Source: the human T2T-CHM13v2.0 reference genome, Homo sapiens. Taken from it: DNA of 64,000 nt. The stretch is taken from NCBI RefSeq assembly GCF_009914755.1, contig NC_060933.1; one strand, 5' to 3'. Under the pieces are notes generated by a model. The model had not been told where the DNA came from. It made no database searches and was given only the letters and a program-made list of their open reading frames with translations. Below are positions 46,308-64,000 of the stretch, piece by piece. The translations under genes and the position numbers were made by a program. Every line of letters begins with the position of its first letter. Position 1 is the first letter of the stretch.

Positions 46308-47675
46308 ACAGGGTGCTTTTGAGACATAGTAGCTCAGGATAAAGGATCAGAGCAGTAGATTTTCAAAAGTAGGTAAACAATTGAAATGAGATCTCAAGGG
46401 GATGTTGGAATTTTTCAAAAAGGAGAACTGGGAAAGACATTTCTTGGCAGAGGGAGCGACGCATGCAAAGATTGCAGTTTGGGAAAATACTTTCTGTGCG
46501 GTGGAACTACAAGGTTGGTGTATGTATGATAGGGTGTGGGCTTGTTATTTCCCACTGAACTTGAGCAACTCAAGTTGTACAGGTTGACTGGAATGTTGGG
46601 TGAGTTTGAGAGTGTGGGGAAGATGGATGAGATGGATGGTCTTGTCTGCCAAGTTTAGGAGCTTGAATTTTAACCTATATTCAGTGGAGAGCCACTGAAG
46701 AATCTTAGAAGCAGAGGATTAATAATAAACTGGGGAAAATAGGAGCAGTGAAGTAATATGGTTGCTGATGAGGTTTAGGAAGTTTAATCTGGCATCTGAA
46801 TATGGGATGGCTTGTAAGACTGTAGAGAGAAGAGGCAGGAAAGCTAGCTAGAATATTACATTATTTATGAGTGAGGCAATGAAAATGGAGGAGTGAAAAT
46901 GGATTTGAGAGGGTGTTCAGGCTCTTGGCTGTTTGAGAGGCCTCTATTTAAAAGAAAACACTCATCTCCTCATCTTAGACGACAGCGTAGAGTGACTCTC
47001 TTTATGTCAGCTGGAACCAGAAGTAATCTCCCAACATTATTGCCTTTCAAGAAAAAGGAGATTTATTGTGCTTAACGGAGTGGGTACAGTGTAACATACA
47101 TTATCCTCAATCAGAGCAGTGTCCCGGTCTCCCACTTGGCTTCTCAGCTGCATGTTCTTCTCAACACTGACTTCATTGCTCCTCCTGGTTTTAGCACTTC
47201 CACCCTGCTGAATTCAGCACATCCAGAGAAAGGATCAGAGGGCCGGCCTCTAGTTGTTTCACAACATGGAATTTCAGGCTTCCAACTAGGTCACCTCCAG
47301 AATTGTAATTTTTTTCTTTTTATAAGACCTGTTTCATGGTTCTTGCTGAAATGGAGGGTGGGGAAGGAGAGAGGGATGATGGCTGCTATTCACAATGCCT
47401 ACTCTTACCTCATGACTGGTCTGGGCAAGTATGGTAGAAGCAGGAAAGTCCACTTTTGGGTGGATTTGATTTGGGCTTGGGGTGGGGAGTCTGGGAATGG
47501 CAGCTACTGATTTGGTAATGGCTACAGAGAGGAAGGCAGTAGAAGTACCACAGAGCAGCTGCAGACTTCTGTCACCTGGACTATATTACAAATAGATTTG
47601 GGAACTCAGCTAACCAGGGAGGGTGAGGCGACAAGGTGGCAGCTCACCTCCTTCCTGTCTGGTGCTAGAAATCAA

Positions 47676-48136
47676 AACCTGTTCACTAACTAGGTTAAAC
47701 AGTTTATACCATTTTCATTGATTCTGACATGCCCATGCTTTATATTTGTACATCTCTGATCTCAGTCTGTATCTTACAATGGATGATATATCATAGTTTA
47801 ATTGGCAGCTTTTTTCTTTCTTTAGTGGTCCCTAAGGTAATGGTGCGCTGTATAATCAGTGGTATCATTGGTTCAGTGGATACACACATGAGTGTGTGGA
47901 TATGTTTGGTGGTGGCTGACAGGTGTCAAAGAGGGGAAACAAGCTCTCTTCCCAGAGAAGGAGTCATCACAGGCAATGCTGATATTTTAAGCCTCATACA
48001 CACTTCATATGTTTATGTGAAAGGAAATCTTTGGTCTTAAGACTGTTGGTACTGTCTGTTTTCAGGCAGTAATCTCTTAGCTGTTATCAGGAGAATCAAT
48101 TGGAAGCTATTAGATGTCTCTTCAGTTATTTCTTAA
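47676..48136 (+). repeat. Copy 1 of 461-bp direct duplication (includes a MER104-like Tc2 MITE)
   Basis: Ungapped match to 50577-51037, about 34 mismatches by hand count. Confidence 0.92.
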
Positions 48137-48709
48137 TAAGACTTAAGTTTTCAGGTCGATGTTGTTGACTCTTGTGATCCATGGCTTATCTGCTTTCATT
48201 ATAAATTTTGCTTATTTTCTTTCCCAGAAATCATCAGTGAATTTCATTTGATTGATCCTACTGTTAACCTGCTTTTATTGTTACCAGTTTTTTCTAACCT
48301 ATTGGGTTAGCTTGTTGGCATTGCAAAATCTGTGTTGAGAAATACTCAATGGCCCACTCCTTGAGTTTTGAGTGCCTAGTTGTACCTTCTTTGTATCTTT
48401 CCTAGAAATATTGTTAAAGTAATGATAGGTTGGAGGAACATTTCTTATTCTATAGACACTCACACACACACACACAGCATGTATATACTTATACATGACA
48501 TATTTTATTAGACTTCTAATTTAGAGTTTTTAAGGATTCTTGTACAATTCATGTAGTTTACATGGAGACTAGCAGTGTGCATGTATGCATATAGTCTCAA
48601 AATAGATTATACTCAATTATGTACAGAAAAGTTCTGCAGTTTTCGGGAGTGAGATGATAACTGAACTCCAAGAACTTTGGTTAACAAGGTTAACCATTTA
48701 GTTGCATTA

Positions 48710-48935
48710 AGGATGAGAGCCTGGCTCTGAAGTCAGGCTGCTGGGTGTTTGAATTTTAGCTTCTGTGACCTTGGGCAAGTTACTTAACTTCTCTGTGCTT
48801 CACTGCTCCTATTTATAAAATGGGAATAACAACAGGACCTACCTCAGGGTTCTAAGAATTAGGTAAGATAATGTATGTAAAATAGGTAACAGCATGCCTG
48901 GCACAGGGTACACTTAATGAATGGTAGGTGCTATT
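48710..48935 (+). mobile_element. MIR
   Basis: gtgaccttgggcaagttacttaacttctctgtgc core. Confidence 0.75.
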
Positions 48936-48939
48936 TTTT

Positions 48940-49125
<186 letters not shown>

Positions 49126-49218
49126 CTATTTTTTTTTTATTATTAATAAAGGATCAGTTCAAGAGTGAGACCAGAGCTCTTGCTCTTGATCTGTTGGTTA
49201 AGGAAAAAATTATTTCTA

Positions 49219-49494
49219 GGGCTGGACACGGTGGCTCACACCTGTAATCCCAGCACTTTGGAAGGCCAAGGCAGGAGGACGGCTTGAGCCCATGAGTTGG
49301 AGACCAGCCTGGGAAACATAGCAGGACCCCATTTCTGCCAAAAAAAAAAGCTGGATATGGTGGGAGGGTGAGGTAGGAGGATCGTTTGAGAGCCCAGGAG
49401 ATCAAGGCTGCAGAGAGCCATGATCTCACCACTGCCTTTGGCCTGGGTGACAGTGTGAGACCCTATCTCAAAAAAAAAAAAAAAAAAAAAAAAA
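49219..49494 (+). mobile_element. Alu
   Basis: Alu motifs. Confidence 0.85.
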
Positions 49495-50139
49495 TTATTC
49501 CTAGTAAATGATTTTTAGTTATGAAGTAGAAAAGTGTCTTCTAACTCAGTGCTTTCAAGAAATTCCCTAAATTAATTGAACATTAAACAAAATAGGGATG
49601 TAAGTTCCATGAAGGTAGATGCCTTATGTCTGTTTTGTCAACATCTGTGTCCTTAATATCTAGAATAGCGCCTGACTTACATATAGTAAGTGCTTAATAA
49701 CTATTTGTTAAATGAATGAAAAAGGGCCAATGGCTCTTAAAAGCTACAGACATTTCATCTTATAGATGAAAATATGTAAGTTATTCTAGTATGTAATAAT
49801 TTAAAATTGTATTTTAACAATATATGGAAATAAGCTTTAACTAAAATACTAGAAACTCACAAACCTAAGTACATTTAAATAAGTTGACTTTCTGTGAACC
49901 TATGAATTATGTTGGAAAGTAAATAAATAAATAAATAGACTTTTCTTGTTTGATGTAAACTAGGATATATGTAAGAAAATTGAGATGTTACTGTTGACAA
50001 TGTGTAATTAATAATGTACTGTTAATTGTAGAGTTTAAAGTTACTTCACATAAGAGACATAATTTTAAAAGTACACCTAACATGGTAAAAATTTTATGCA
50101 AACATTAACAGCAGTTATCCCTGGATAGGGAAATTATAA

Positions 50140-50485
<346 letters not shown>

Positions 50486-50576
50486 TATTTTCTAATATTT
50501 TCTACAAAACAGTGTTGTGTGAATTTAAAAAGGACCCCCAGAAATCCAACCAATATTTATTGAGTGTTTTTCAAGG

Positions 50577-51037
50577 AACCTATTCACTGACTAGGTGAAA
50601 GAGTTTATACTACTTTCATTGATTCTGAGATGCCCATGCTTTATATTTGTACATCTCAGATACCAGTCTGTTTCTTACAATAGATGATATATCATAATTT
50701 AATTGGCAGCTTTTTTGTTTCCTTAGTGGTCCCTAAAGTAATGGTGCACTGTATAATCAGTGGTATTGTTGGTTCAGTGAATACCCACAAGAATGTGTGC
50801 ATGTGTTTGGTGGTGGCTGACAGGTGTTAAAGAGGCGAAACAAGCTCTCTTCCCAGAGAAGGAGTCATCACAGGCAATGCTGATGTTTTAAGCCTCATAC
50901 GCACTCCATATGTTTATGTGAAAGGAAATCTTTGGCATTAAGACTGTTGGTACTGTCTGTTTTCAGGCAGTAATCTCTTAGCTGTTATCAGGAGAATCAA
51001 TTGGAAGCTATTAGAGGTCTCTTCAGTTATTCCTTAA
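50577..51037 (+). repeat. Copy 2 of 461-bp direct duplication
   Basis: Ungapped match to 47676-48136. Confidence 0.92.
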
Positions 51038-51192
51038 ACAGGCATGCAAATTCTTGAGCATTCTAAATCAGAAAGTTCATTGAATTTTACTTTGAGTCTT
51101 ATGGTTTGGTCTGTAGTATAAGGCAGTGTTGCAGGGTAAGGAACATGTGTTTTCCACCCAGTTCTCTCCGTAGAACATTTGGTAAATCCTGG

Positions 51193-51495
51193 GGCCAGGC
51201 GTGGTGGCTCATGCCTGTAATCCCAGCACTTTGGGAGGCTGAGGCGGACGGATCACAAGGTCAGGAGTTCGAGACCAGCCAACATGGTGAAACCCCGTTT
51301 CTATTAAAAATACAAAAAAATTGCCAGCAGTGGTGGCGCACGCCTGTAATCCCAGCTACTCAGAAGGCTGGGTTCAATCACTTGAACCCAGGAGGCAGAG
51401 GTTGCGGTGAGCGGAGATCACGCCATTGCACCCCAGCCTGGGTGACAGTGCAAGACTGTCTCAAAAACAAAAATAAAAACAAAAAAACAAAAAAA
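51193..51495 (+). mobile_element. Alu
   Basis: TSD atttgg(t/c)aaatcc. Confidence 0.9.
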
Positions 51496-51657
51496 ATTTG
51501 GCAAATCCCTTAAGCAATCTGGACTTTGTTTTCATCAGCTAAGAAATGAAAGGATTAGCCTTGATAATTGTGAAGGGTGGTGCTTGCTTGTTACTTCCAT
51601 AGTTTTATTATTTGATTTGGAGTTATGAGTGTATGTGTGTGTGTGTTTTCTCTACAG

Positions 51658-51852
51658 CCATACACACTGCTGCTATGGATATGCTGGGAGGACCTGGTAT
51701 CGAAAGCCAGTGTAGAAAAGTTGATATCATTGCAGATGCAGCATATTCCATTTTCCAAAAGCCAAAAAGTTTTACTGGCAACTTTGTCATTGATGAAAAT
51801 ATCTTAAAAGAAGAAGGAATAGAAAATTTTGACGTTTATGCAATTAAACCAG
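51658..51852 (+). CDS. HSDL2: HSDL2 exon 7 (195 bp)
   Basis: tacag|CC ATA CAC...AAA CCA G|gtaatg; AIHTAAMDMLGGPGIESQCRKVDIIADAAYSIFQKPKSFTGNFVIDENILKEEGIENFDVYAIKP. Confidence 0.97.
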
Positions 51853-52215
51853 GTAATGCTTTTATAGTTTTTAAAAGTAGTGATACGTTTTTCCATATTT
51901 TCTGCAATGAACATATCTGTTTTTTGTGTGTGTTTGTGTGATTGTAAAATGAATGTGTTCTTTTAAAAGCTGTCTTCCCAATGAAGGAAGAAAACCCATA
52001 CCAACACAACTTAAAAAAAAAGATGAATGAAAAATAGAGGTGAGTTGAGGGCTTTTGAAGTGATATATATATATATATAAGCACAGAAAGTCAGATCAGT
52101 TACTAGCCACTTCTAAATCTCGAAATAAGAAATGAAAATTATTTTTTAAAGTTGGTCTTAAAATCACAGAGTAAAGATTTTGTTCAAGAATATGTGGTAA
52201 CAGATGGTACAGTAG

Positions 52216-52519
<304 letters not shown>

Positions 52520-52999
52520 ACAGTAATGAATTTTTTTGTTTAAAATAATTTATGATTGTGGACTCTCTAAATATTTGTCTCTTAAGCGCAGTCTCTTAGA
52601 GTAGCTTAATGACAGATGGTGTAGATGAGTGGGCAGGCTCTGTCTCATGGACAGTAAAGTGATCTGAGAAGCTTCTAGAAAGCCCTCTTGTTAAGTAACT
52701 CTCCCTCTCTGAAATTGGGGATGATAATGATAATAATGGATTTTTACCATATAGAATATGATGTATTCTAATATAGCCATACATAGGAGTTATATTTATT
52801 TGCGCTAAAGTATATTTTAAATATTATTCATTAAACTGAGCTTCTAAATGACACAAACCACGTTTATATTTGTATCATCCCTGCTCATCTCTGCAGTTCA
52901 AACTAAAGTAAATAGCGGATTATAGTTTTACAAAGCACTCTTATGTGCATTATCTATTTAGCCTGCATAACAATTCTGTACGGAAAGTAATGCTTAGTG

Positions 53000-53335
53000 A
53001 TTAAGAACACGAAATTTGGGAGAAGACAACCCAGCTTCATATTGCAGCTCTGCTGCTCACTGCTATGCAGCTTTGAGCATGTCACCCAGTTTGTCTGTCT
53101 CAGCCTCAATTTCCATATTGGTAAACTTAAGAGAATGATACATTTCATACAAGATTTTTGTAAAGGCTAAATGTGATAATGTATAATGTGTTTGGCACAG
53201 TGCCCAGCATATAGTACACTCAGAATATTTAGTAGTTAATATTTACAAGTGGAAAAACAGGCTCAGAGAGATTGAGCCTTTGCCTAAGAGCAGATGGCTA
53301 ATAGGTGGCAGAACCTGACCAGATTCAGGTCTTCC
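53000..53335. mobile_element. MIR fragments
   Basis: cctcaatttccatattggtaaa, ggcacagtgcccagcatatag, aacaggctcagagag. Confidence 0.55.
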
Positions 53336-53554
53336 GGGTCCTGGTACCCAGGAATATAATTATTACCTTAGGTTTTAAAGACACAGTGTAATTGTGCGCA
53401 AGTTTTAAAATTTTATTTAAATTAAAAATCCTATTAAGTATTGAGAACTTAAAATGACCAGATACTATGATATTAGGATATAACAAAGATGAATTCATTC
53501 CTGCCCTCCAGAAGTTTGCTTAAACTTCTGAAAAAGAGAGAGAGAGAGGCAGAA

Positions 53555-54437
<883 letters not shown>

Positions 54438-54921
54438 CCCAGTGGAATAGGATGGAATAGGATAGCTTAGTGTTCATGATGATGGAGTGAGAGGAAGAGG
54501 GAGAGAGAGAAGAGACCCAAGTGCACTAATGCTGAGAAGAAAGTCCTTCTTAAGAAGGGGCCCTCTGCTTTTAGGACGGCAGGTAAGAAATAAGTCCTGA
54601 CAACTTCGGAAGAATGTGGGCCAGAAGAGCAGTGTAGGATGAGAAGGGCAGAGGTTCCTGGGAGAGCAGGTAAAGGCTTTACAGAACAGGTGATCTTTTG
54701 GGGATTAAATCTTGAAGATAAAATTTATCAGAGGAGAGAAAGATAACTGAATTATGAGAAAATTAATTTAATGAAGATCAGGTCATTCGACAGTTCTCAC
54801 AGAGGCCTTTTCTTTTGCACCAGAAAGATTTTTAATAAAATAGATATGTTTATTAAACAGATGTTAAAATCTTACTATGTTGTAGTTACATTAACCTAAT
54901 GGTTTGGGGTCAATTTTTCAG

Positions 54922-54993
54922 GTCATCCTTTGCAACCAGATTTCTTCTTAGATGAATACCCAGAAGCAGTTAGCAAGAAAGTGGAATCAACTG
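54922..54993 (+). CDS. HSDL2: HSDL2 exon 8 (72 bp)
   Basis: tttttcag|GT CAT CCT...TCA ACT G|gtaaga; GHPLQPDFFLDEYPEAVSKKVEST; too short for the ORF track. Confidence 0.95.
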
Positions 54994-55202
54994 GTAAGAT
55001 CTAGACTATATTTTATGTTAGAAAATATAAATCCTAACTTATGTATTTCTTCCAAAATATGGAATTGATCCTATAACAGTGACATTTCTGCCTTCTGTTT
55101 TTAAACTGTTTTGTACTTTAAACTAAACAAGTAATGTGAGATCTCAGTTAATTCTAGTAAAGAAGGTTGTTTTGTTCATCTACCAGTAAGAAGTTTTAAT
55201 AA

Positions 55203-55517
55203 GGCTGGGCACAGTGGCTCATACCTGTAATCCCAGCACTTTGGGAGGCTGAGGCGAATGGATCACTTGAGTCCAGGAGTTTGCGACGAGCTTGGGCAAC
55301 ATGGCGAAACCCCATCTCTACAAAAAAAATACAAAAAAAAAATACGTTGGGCGTGGTGGCACGAGACTGTAGTCCCAGCTACTCAGGAGGCTGAGGTGGG
55401 AGGATCACCTGATCCCGGGAAGTTGAAGTTTCAGTGAGCCGTGATCGTGCCACTGCACTCTAGCCTGGGTGACAGAGCAAGACCCTGTCTCAAAAAAAAA
55501 AAAAAAAAAAAAAAAAG
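55203..55517 (+). mobile_element. Alu
   Basis: TSD aagaagtt(t/a). Confidence 0.9.
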
Positions 55518-56749
55518 AAGTTATTAATATATTCTTTGCGTTTGGTTAAAAACAAGTCTGAAAAAACTTTTTTTTAGGTTTTATTTATTTTCTTTTGCAC
55601 TGTCTTTAGGTATTTCATGTTGATATGTTATTTTGAGGAAAAGTGTGTCATATATCAAATACATCTAACACCATTTCCACAGTTTGTGTTATGTGACTAT
55701 TTTATGAAAGAAATCAACTTCAAAGGAGGTTTGGGTTTTACTTTGTTTTGTTTCTGTAATTCATAAACAATAGTGCCCTTGAATTGGTCCAGAGTTTACA
55801 TTTTAGACTTTGTGTTCTGACATTTTGCCAGTGGCTTACTTGAAGAAACACTTTAATGAATACCTGTGGGAAGAATTTCTCTCATGGTTTACTAATAAGA
55901 ATGGCTGTGCTTCTTCTGGGCCCTTACCTTATTTTTATCTTATAGATGCTATGACTCTCATCGATTTTTTTTTTTAGAAGGCTGATAGAAAATGTAGGGA
56001 TGAATTTCCTTGATACCTTTAGCAAATCTGTGGCACCTTACTGCAATGCATTTTAGAGCCAAACCTTATTTCCAGCTTTCTTTTATTTATTCTTTATTAT
56101 TTATCTTTTCTTTTTCCAGATTTTTATGGTAATTTAAAAAAATTACTTAGGTAATAAAAAGGACTTTTTTGTATTACAGACAATTTAAAACAATAGAAAG
56201 GAAAATAGTTACTCATAATCCTACTACCCAGAGTATTAAAACCAGGAAAAACAAGACTGTCAGTCTGTTTCTCAAAAGGCCTCTTACAGAATGGTGGAAA
56301 ATACCTAGAGAGCTTATCAAACTCTAGAAGAGTCTGGTCTTCAAGTTAGTTAAGTCCCAAACTCCGATTTTTGCCCAACGCCCTAAGGTTGGATCTGTCT
56401 TTTAGAAGAAGGCATGCATGAACTGAGATCATTTAAACTCCAAATTTTAAATAAGAACCACTTATTGATCATGTATGTTCTTTTTGTTTATTCAACAAAT
56501 ATTTACTGGGCACCTCCTATGTGCCAAACACTGTGCTAAGTACTTTACATGCATTGTCCTGTTTAATACCATTAATCCCCAAGACAGATACTCCCCTCAT
56601 TTTACAGCTGCAATTGCACAGCCAGCAGGTGGCAGAACCAAGATTTAAACTCATATTTCTCTGATTTCAAAGCCCATGTCTTTAACCAGTAAACTTAAAT
56701 GGCTTTCCTAACACTTGAATACTTAGTCTTTTAAATTTTAGCATATTCT

Positions 56750-56960
56750 TAGTCTGGGCAACATGGTGAGACCCTGTCTCTACAAAAAAATAAAAAAAAT
56801 TAGCTGGCCATGGTGGCACATGCCTGTAGTCTCAGCTACTCAGGAGACTGAAGCAGGAGGATCCCTTGAGCTCAAGAGTTTGAGGCTGCAGTGAGCTATG
56901 ATTGAGCTACAGCACTCCAGCCTGGGCAACAGAGCAAGACCCTGTCTCAAATAAATACGT
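56750..56960 (+). mobile_element. Alu, 5'-truncated
   Basis: Alu motifs. Confidence 0.85.
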
Positions 56961-57676
56961 AAATTAGCACTTTCTTTCCCCTGATAATCCAGTTTATTAA
57001 TTTATAACAAAGAGTTGCCATCTCATAGGTTAAACATGTAGGTGCTTGATCAGCACATTCTCTTCCTTTGGATATAATTGTGCATGAAACAGAATCATAG
57101 TCAGAAGGTCATTTCATGACCATGGAATCAGAACAAGGGAGTTAGACAGGTAGAGTGTAAAATCAGTGTTTACTGGCATCAGGCTTTGATAGGGATAACT
57201 TTGCCTATAGCCATCTCCACATAAGCAATGCTCTTACCCTTAAGGTTAGAAGACTCAAATTCCTTTGGCTAACTTCCCTCACCTAATGCTGCAGGAGCAT
57301 TTACTTCTGTAGCTCTCTTTTTTTGATTCTGTGTGGTTCAGTCAATAGCAATTTTACCTGACCTTTTCTGTAGATATATTAATATACTCATATAGATAGT
57401 AGCCTGGGCTATAACTTACCTCTTTCAGTTTATTTCTTATGTCCTCTCATAGTTCAGCTCTTTGAGAACCATGTGTATCCCTTGTTTCCAAAGGGGGAGA
57501 GGTTCACCTTTCTATTGCACCAACAACTTATAATAACCCCTGTTACCATTTCATTATACCTTTTCCAGTATTCGTCGTGTGTATGTTAGCTCTTATATAT
57601 GTAATTATTGTAGACAATGGACCTAGTTTTAAATTGATGGGTTTTTTTTTTTCTTCCCATCTTAAAAGCAATATCA

Positions 57677-57975
57677 ACCAGGCATAGTGGCTCACGCCTG
57701 TAGTCCCAGCACTTTGGGAGGCTGAGGTGGGAGGATCGCTTGAGCCCAGGAGTTCAAGACTAGTCTGGGCAACATGGCAAAACTTTGTCTCTACAAAAAG
57801 TACAAAAATTAGCTGGGTGTGATGGTGCATGCCTGTAGTCCCAGCTACTTGGGAGGCTGAAGTGGGAGGATCACTTGAGTTCAGGAGTTTGAGGTTGTAA
57901 TGAGCTATGATCAAGCCATTAAACTCCAGCCTGGGTGAGAGAGTGAGACCCCTGTCTCAAAAAACAAACAAACGA
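57677..57975 (+). mobile_element. Alu
   Basis: Alu motifs. Confidence 0.9.
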
Positions 57976-58084
57976 AAATGCAATACCATTATTTCTTCAT
58001 TGATTCCCCCCACCCCTACTCTCCACTGGAACACAGGGAGCCCACTCAGTCTTGTTTTTTTTTTTTTTTTTTTGACTTCCAGCT

Positions 58085-59061
<977 letters not shown>

Positions 59062-59560
59062 TAGCATAAAGTTTTAGATTCACAGCAAAACTGAGAAGGT
59101 ACAGAAATATCATCTATCCCACACATGCATTACTTCCTTCCTTAGCAGCATCCTCTACCAGAGTGGTACATTTGTTAGAATTGATGAATCTGTATTGACA
59201 CATCATAATGATATAGTTTTCGTGTGGAAGAATTCTTGTAGGTTTCATGGTAAATTAGTTTTAGATATTTGCTCTTCAGAATAGCCTCCATTGCCTGTGG
59301 CACATTATTTTTTTCATAGGCATCAGGTTATTTTTTTTTTCTGTTAATTCTTCCTCATATTAGGAGATATCTCTAGAGCTAGTGTAGTCAAAGGCAGGAA
59401 TGTGTAGGTTGCTTTTGGCTCTCTTCCCTGTCTATATGGAGGAATTCCTTTTTCTGAGCTGTAGTTTCAGATGTGGCACCTGTTGGGCAAATAGCTCAGG
59501 CCAGTGTGCAAGGCTGACATGTGACCTTCCTTTACTTCCTCTGTTTAAAACTACTCTCCA

Positions 59561-59880
<320 letters not shown>

Positions 59881-61184
59881 AAACTACTCTCTCCTGGAAT
59901 GCCCTGCTGCCACGGTTCTTCCCCTCCCCATCCTTGTCAGCCATGCCTTGGGGCATGTACTTCCCAGGATGCTCCACTGCAGGACTCCCCTACTGTCTGC
60001 TTATCTTATTTGGGAGCTACAAGCTTTGGAACTGGATTTGAAAGATGAGGATGAGGAATCACATTGAGTGTGTCTTGAAAAGTAGCATGTGTAAAACAGA
60101 GAGACAGCTCCTGATCTTAGTTGGTACAAGCCCAGAGTCTGATCCAGCGCGAGCCTCTCTTCTTTGTTCGGGTGGGCAGAGGTATTCTTTGAGATCTTTC
60201 ATGAGGGAAAGCACAGGAGACCTGTCTTTCTGGGGCTGACTCCATGTACCTTAGAGCTGCTGAACCTCTCTTCCTAGATTCAGACAATAGATTGTGTATC
60301 AGTCTAGGTGATATTCAGTATTTCCCCTTTTGTGTGTGTGTGCATTTTTATATTTATTCAGTGTGAAGTTAGGAGAGCCTGTGTCAGGGACTACCAGCCA
60401 TATGTCATCTTCTTTTGTGTACTGGAATTCTATAAATATTTCTTTCCCATTCTGGCTTACATATTTGTAGTCTGATGGCTGCACCTTTAAAATCTATCAC
60501 AGGTTTTTTTTGTCTCCTGAAGTTTTTTTTTCTCTTGTGCAAACTCATCATGTTTACGTCTCAATAATCCAGGTGATAAATTATGCAGTTTATCTCTTGG
60601 CAAATGTCTTTCAGGGATAAACTAAAGTTTTTGCTGCAATCTCCTTGGCACCTCATATGTAGATGATATATCTTGACTAATATACAAATCACCTGAAGTA
60701 GTTACCCACAAGGAAGGGAGGGGTTCCAGCAGTTATTTATGTGACAGACTCAGTTCTCTCTGGTGTAACTGCTAAAACGAAACACATGACCTGCCTTTGG
60801 AAACATGAAGGAAGCCTGTGTCATTGCTGCCCTTGCTTTAGCAGCCTCTGCTTGGTCAACTTCTGGTGAGTTTCACATCTCAGCACTGTGTTCAGCTTTT
60901 ATGTTGGCTATATAAAAAATCAGATTGCTAAACATAGAAGGAAATGTGGAGGAAATATTTATTACTCAGTGGATAAAATTGCAGGCTCTGGAGTCAGACT
61001 GCCTGGATTTAATCTTGAATTGCATTTGTTTTTATTAAATTGAAATGCTTTCTGGAACAAGGCAAGTTAAAAATAAAAAGGGGAAAATTAACTTTTGTAT
61101 GTTCTGTATCTGGTCACCATCATGAGTTTTTTGTTGTTGTTTTTAAAGACATCTAATAGTTTTTGAGAGAGCGTGAGTACTCAT

Positions 61185-61335
61185 TGAAAGCATAGACTTT
61201 GGAGTAAGACAGATCTGGGTTCAAATCCGGTGCCCGCCACTTATATTTATCATTTTGGGCATATCACTTCAGCTCTCTGAAACAGTTTTGTCACCTCTTA
61301 CTTTCCTTGTGTAATTATTGTGAGGAATAAGAGTG
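61185..61335 (+). mobile_element. MIR
   Basis: agactttggagtaagacagatctgggttcaaatcc. Confidence 0.6.
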
Positions 61336-61709
61336 ATGGTACATCATATTGTACATTTGATGCAGGAAGCTCCCTGTAACTATTGGTTGCTGTAGTTATT
61401 ATTATCTTAAATTTTCTACATGGTAAAACTTCTTGTCTGCATATAATAATGTCTTTCAAGGATGATTTCTGGCATATATTTTAATACACTGACTTGAACT
61501 TCCAGGAGGTTCATTAAAACTATTTTATTTTAATTATCCTTATTTTATTCTTAATTTTAATGAGAAAATCTTCAGATTTTACCATAAGTAAGGTGTTAAC
61601 ATTTGTATAAGATGGACATTTTTTTAATCAGAGAAGTTAGATTGGTATCTATTTTTAGTGTAATAAACTTGTTACATTTTAAATATGGTAAATGGGTACT
61701 TTTTCTATT

Positions 61710-62618
<909 letters not shown>

Positions 62619-62776
62619 TGATTAGTTGCTGATTTTGTGGTATCTTATTTTTTCTCAAAAGCACCAGACTTTAAATTTTATTTCATTTTTAATTCTACAG
62701 CTTTTCTCTTTTCTGATTATCTTTTTAATAACAACTCGAGATATAACTTATATATACCAAAAAATTCATCATTTTA

Positions 62777-63842
<1,066 letters not shown>

Positions 63843-64000
63843 GTATAGAACAGCTCAAAGAAAAATTTTAAAGTCACCTGTAATCCAATTATAAGTACAT
63901 TTATATTTTGGCTTATTTCCTTTCAACCACTTTTTTTTGGCACATATAATTTAAAATGTATACCCAGAAATAAATATTTTACCAGTAGGTTCATATTGTT

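Overview
Primate (almost certainly human) genomic DNA covering intron 1 to intron 8 of HSDL2 on the + strand. Seven coding exons (2-8) splice in frame with GT-AG boundaries and encode the SDR domain (TGASRGIG, NNAS, YTIAK); exon 1 and exons 9 onward lie outside the window. Intron 1 holds an 8.16-kb antisense betaretroviral provirus (5178-13335; MER11-type LTRs, i.e. HERV-K11/HML-8) with an exact 6-bp target-site duplication (TSD), decayed gag/dUTPase-pro/env and a large deletion in pol, inserted into an old L1. The rest is very Alu-dense intron (about 65 Alus or fragments) with old L1/L2/MIR, LTR and DNA-transposon relics. Small structures not explained by standard repeats: a tailless tRNA-Glu 5'-half insertion with 17-bp TSDs, a 3'UTR-only retrocopy with TSDs, a decayed U6 fragment, 461-bp and ~120-bp local duplications, several template-switch hairpins and tandem splice donors at exon 5. 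I found no evidence for a genuinely new multi-gene system. Repeat family names are recalled, not searched, and repeat boundaries are approximate unless a TSD is quoted.
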